From assembly GCF_000181795.1 (NCBI RefSeq), contig NW_003526941.1, forward strand, positions 4,155,637 through 4,180,160: a DNA stretch of 24,524 nucleotides, in the 5' to 3' direction. Under the pieces are notes generated by a model that made no database searches, was not told the origin of the DNA, and saw only the letters and a program-made list of their open reading frames with translations. The DNA is from Trichinella spiralis (lineage: Eukaryota). A program made the translations under genes and the position numbers. This document shows positions 19,879-24,524 of the stretch, piece by piece (position 1 is the stretch's first letter; each line of letters begins with the position of its first letter).

Positions 19879-22020
19879 TATAAAGAAAATTGATTCGCAA
19901 GTCACTGATAAGAAGGTTATGAGGCCAATCAGGGAAAAGCAAGTGTCGAATCCACGGTCACTTTGTCATTTGAGTGATTTTCCATTAACTGGTGCGGTGC
20001 GTGACAAGAGTGCGAGTGAAAGAAACAGCATCAAGGTAAAAAAATTAATAATATAACATTTTTCTGGTATTTTTTATGAGTGCATGTACATTTAACTATT
20101 TAAGCATTTGCTGGTTTCAATAAGCACAAAAATTGAAAAACTTGTAAAACAAAATTTCCTATTATATATAAAGTCTAACGTAGAAGAGCAGTTTCAAAAA
20201 ACAGATAATCTTATTTTTCATTCCATTTATCAATTTTCACAAGCTTTTGGCATTGAATTTCATTCTGAACAGAACAGGTCGAATACCTCTGAGCTGCTCG
20301 CATTTTCTGTTGAGCAACACAGCAAAATACCGTTTGTCATACAGAAATTATTAAATTCTATTATCGCTTTGCATTATATTTTCAAATTTAGCTTATCACA
20401 GGCATTGCGCAAATCATATTTTTGTCTTTTACTGTACTAATATTTTCATGAAAAGATTTTTGCCATAAAATCTATTTATGTAGTCTGTTTCGAATTTTCA
20501 AATCTCAAATTCCTTTATGCGTAGGTGTGTTTTGTCTAAGTCAATGTTTTTGTTATGGCATTTTTTGTCGGATAGTTTATATTTTTACTGAATTGTAAAC
20601 GTTAAGGTCATTTCAGAATTTTCATGTAGTCTTCATTAGTAGAATGTACCAGTGCATTTCTTCTGTTCGTATTATATTTCGGAGCAGGTCACAATTTATC
20701 TTCACCAAAAAGTTGTAATACACTAAAAACCGGTTTCTAACGCTACACTATGCAAATAACGATTTCCATAAAGGTGCCGTGTCATCAGTAAGGGTGTTAT
20801 TTTTCCTTTCACTTACGTGGCAATTGGTAGCGTTGAGAAACGTTCTCTGAGTTCATAGTGGCGTTAAGGTGCCGCTGAATTCTGTTCCTGAATTATTGAA
20901 AAAATATTCCATTTTTCTACGTGTGTCAGAAATTTTAGATAATTAACTTTTAATTGGAAAGATGTTACTTATTACATTTGTTGATTTGACATTCCTTAGT
21001 TTATTTAAATAATCTAAGTTTGTAATATTTAATATATAAGTAGGATATTTTTTACTGTAAAACTGTACATTTGGTTTTTCATATTATGTTACGATTTGGT
21101 TGGAGCATTTGGTTAGATTTGATTTCGTTTGGTTAGTTTTGGCAAAGCAGCAAAATAATTTTTTGTTATGGCGTTTTTCTACAGGTAATTTATATTTTGA
21201 CTGAATTTGAAATACCAAGGTCATTTCTGAATTTTTGAATAGTGAATTAACTGTGCATTTGAACTCTTTCTCCAAGCAAATTGAAATGAATTCCATTTAA
21301 TATTGCGCATTTGATGTATTAACGGTTCGCTTTGCATTAATTTTCAATGTTCCTAATTTCTCAGCTTTAGGTTAGAATTACTTCCTCATCTTGAAAGTTT
21401 TCCAATCCACTAAAACTGATTTCTAGCGCTGCATTATGCAAATAACGATCAATAGAAAATTGCATGATCATCAGTGACTATGAACTTGTCTGTTTAACTT
21501 ACGTGGCAAGTGGCAAAGTTGTCAAACGTTCTCTGTTTCTGTTTTGTCGTTAAGTAATTCCATTTTAATCCATGTTACTATTTCTTGAAAGTGTATATTC
21601 AATCATTATGCTAGCGGTATCTTTAACTAAAATGGTTTATTTCATCTGTTTAAAAACACTTTCTGCAGTATTTCAATTTTGCTAAGTGATAAAATGAGAA
21701 AATCTTAGATACAACATTTACTATTCTAGCAGATACGACAAATGAAGATACGAAAAAGTAAAAAAAGGACGACACGCAGCAAATAGGGCACTAAGCGAAA
21801 CAGAACGAGAAAAAACCAAAGGTATATGACGTTCCGCATGGGTACAAATTTTTTACCTCTGTGCTAAGGATAAAACGAATGCGAGAAGTTATTCTTCCTT
21901 TACTTTTCCTTCCGTTATAATAAACCATCTTTCATCTCGGGTTATAAGAAAATCCTTCAACTCTGTATATAGAGGATATCCCTTAGCTACGCAAACAGCC
22001 ACCCTCCACAACCGTACATA
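19879..22020 (+). pseudogene. Second copy of the decayed gene remnant, further degraded
   Basis: Lacks the 10696-10765 exon, has TGG>TAA in exon 21733-21821, and the last acceptor is mutated AG>GG at 21939. Confidence 0.45.
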
Positions 22021-24020
22021 ATTGTCTACCCATTCGCCAGCGATTCTCCACTCATTCAGAATATTATAACCTCCACCACCTGTTCAGAGTAGTAAACCCG
22101 TACGTCACGCCTATCACCATAAATTCAGAGAGGTATATTAACCCGCCACTGCTCCAGCACGGATTCAGAATGGTAGACACGATCGCCACCCCTCCACTAA
22201 CATATCGTTGTACCATACCCTCCCAGCATTAGCCCAGCACGCATTACATTTCGTATACTTACCGGCCAATAACTTCCCAACTTTTCAGAGTGTCACAACT
22301 CCGGCCAGCCCATTCACGATCCATTCACACTGATGTACTTTCCTACCACTCTATCCACCACTTGATAAGAGCGGTATACTTGCCCTAAACCTCTTCAGCA
22401 TTTATTCACTGTTGTATACACCTTCACCACATTTCCACCGCATAATCACAGTGCAATACACGCCTTTCTCCCCTCCACCACCTATTCAGAATTGTGAGCC
22501 TGAACCCCAATCCCTAGAGCAGTCATTCGGCCTTGTATGCCCACCCGCTCCCAGTCCATCACGCATCAGTTGTTGTATACCAGATGTCCACTCATTCCAC
22601 AGTATTTCAGAGTGGTTTACGCCTGACTAGCTCATCCAACAACCATTCACACTGGTGCACCTTCCTACCACTTCATTCACCATTCAGTAGGAGTGGTGCA
22701 CCTGACCCACACCCATCCAGCACCAATGCTGAGTAGCATAAATGCTTACCGCATTTTTTCACAACATAATCAGAGTAGAAGTTCCACCCTCCACACCTAC
22801 CCACCTATTCAGAGTTCTGATCCCACCCGCCACTTCTTTCACCACCCATTTAAACTGGTACATGTACCTGCCCACCACTCACTATCCATACAGCATCGTT
22901 TCCTCACCCCACACGTCTACACCACCCATCCAATGTTGTGAAGCCTTACGCCAATCTCTCCACAATTCATGAAAAGTTGTATTTGCTTTCTCCCCCAGTC
23001 TATCACCCATCAAGTCTTATGTACCCTCTGGCCACTCAGTAGAACACACATTTAAAGTGTTGTACGCCCTGACAGTTAACCCAACATGCATACACGCAGA
23101 TGCACTGATAAGCAGTGGGGCGTACGCTTTGCAGCTTTCCAGCATCAATTCTGAGGTGCATAAATCCTCCCCCAATTTCAGTAACGTAATCTGATTGGAA
23201 TTCTACCTCCCCCCCCCCCACCCACTACCCCCCAGAAACCATTCAGAGTTGTGTACCTGAATATCAATCCCCCTCCCAATCATTCAGCGTTGTATTTCCG
23301 CCGGCCCATAGTCCATCACCCATCACTTGCTATTTAACCGCCATCCTGTCATGCCACAGTGCATTCAGGGTTGTATACGGCCGGTTCGCCCATTCAAAAT
23401 CCATTCACATTGATGCACCTTCTAAACACTCTATCCACCACTCAGTAGGAGTGATACACTCTACCCACACCCCGATCACCAATTCAGTGTTGTTTACCCC
23501 CGCATCACATTTATAATGTGCAATGACCCCCCTTTCCTGTCTTCCATCATCTATTCTGAGTTGTAACCTGAATGCTTATCCATAAAGCAATCATTCTGCC
23601 ATCTATCTTCCTGCCCCTAGTCCATCACCAATCGACTGTTGTATACGTGCCGTTCACTCACTCCGCAGTACATTCAGGGTTGTATAAGGCCGGTCCGCCC
23701 ATCGAACATCATCCATTCACACTCATGCACATTCTTAGCACTCCATCCACCATTCAGTAGGTGTGGTGCAACTGACCCACAGCTTTCTAGAACCAATTCT
23801 GAGATGTATAAATGCTCCCCACATCTTTTCAACATAATTAGAGTGGAATTCCCGCCCTTCACCTCACCACCACCTCTTCAGCGTTGTGAACCTGAACGCT
23901 AATTCGCTCGGCCCTCCGCTATTCATTTGTCGAAGCATATCGTATAGCCACCTGTCTACCACACATCAACAGTTGTTTACCCGTCAATCACTCATCCCAG
24001 AACACACTGATAGTGTGATA
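21985..24020 (+). repeat. C-rich degenerate tandem array 2 (same family, ~310-322 bp unit, no foldback insert)
   Basis: GAGTGGTGCACCTGACCCAC-like motif at 22370, 22691, 23449 and 23761; AGTCCATCAC-like motif near 22553, 22997, 23310 and 23619. Confidence 0.9.
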
Positions 24021-24224
24021 CGCGTTTCAATATTCAAGAATTTCTTTGAAAAAGATAAACCGTTCCTTCACGCAACAACAAGAAGCACTTAATGTCATGA
24101 GTAAACTGGTTTATATGGAAATTCAGCCTCGTGCATTTTGAACTGTATTCTTGTTAAATACAATTCAGTTTGCAAACCTATGCAAAGCAGTAAAATTTCC
24201 TTAAGTATATTTCTTCATTAAAAT

Positions 24225-24524
24225 CAATGAAATATTATTATTAATTCAAAATAACGAAATACAAATGCGTGATTCTCAAATCACTGATAACATGGTTATA
24301 AGACCAAACATTGAAAGGCGAATGCTGTATCCATGGTCAGTATTTCATTTGTGTGATATTCCATTGATTGTAGCGGTGCGTGACAAGACGAAAAATGAAA
24401 AAAACTGCATCAAGGTAACACTTTGATATTAAAAAATTCTTTTGGTATTTTTGATGAATTCATGTATGTTTAAGTAGTTACGTACTTTTTGATTTTAGTA
24501 AGCACAGAAATTTGAAAGACTTGC
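24225..24524 (+). repeat. Fourth copy of the exon-like module (donor TGCATCAAG|GT at 24414); runs off the window
   Basis: Open frame NNEIQMRDSQITDNMVIRPNIERRMLYPWSVFHLCDIPLIVAVRDKTKNEKNCIK, colinear with the 9537-9693 peptide. Confidence 0.75.

Larger units (their letters stand above)
17224..22240 (+). repeat. Segmental duplication, copy 2 (or uncollapsed haplotype)
   Basis: Starts right after the N gap. Differs from copy 1 by scattered substitutions and small indels, and lacks copy-1 segment 10641-10832. Confidence 0.95.

Overview
AT-rich eukaryotic genomic DNA with short GT-AG introns (mostly ~50-65 nt). It most resembles a basal (clade I) nematode such as Trichinella; this is inference from composition, intron size and gene content, not a database match. 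Contents in order: the 5' end of an RBM25-like gene (minus strand, runs off the window); an intronless stefin/cystatin-B (minus); a small single-pass membrane protein with two PPxY motifs (plus); and a complete 8-exon 60S ribosomal protein L5 gene (6974-8506). A ~5.2 kb block carrying RPL5 recurs near-identically after a 10-N assembly gap (17224-22240). Each RPL5 copy is followed by a decayed multi-exon gene-like module and a C-rich hierarchical tandem repeat (~40 bp subunit, ~320 bp unit, ~963 bp trimer). The first array is interrupted by a ~650 bp foldback/MITE-like element. I see no firm evidence of a new biological system. The best leads are the uncharacterised repeat/pseudogene family, the PPxY adaptor, a possible poison-splicing switch in RPL5 intron 4 and the RPL5 duplication. 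All alignments were done by eye, so repeat boundaries are approximate.
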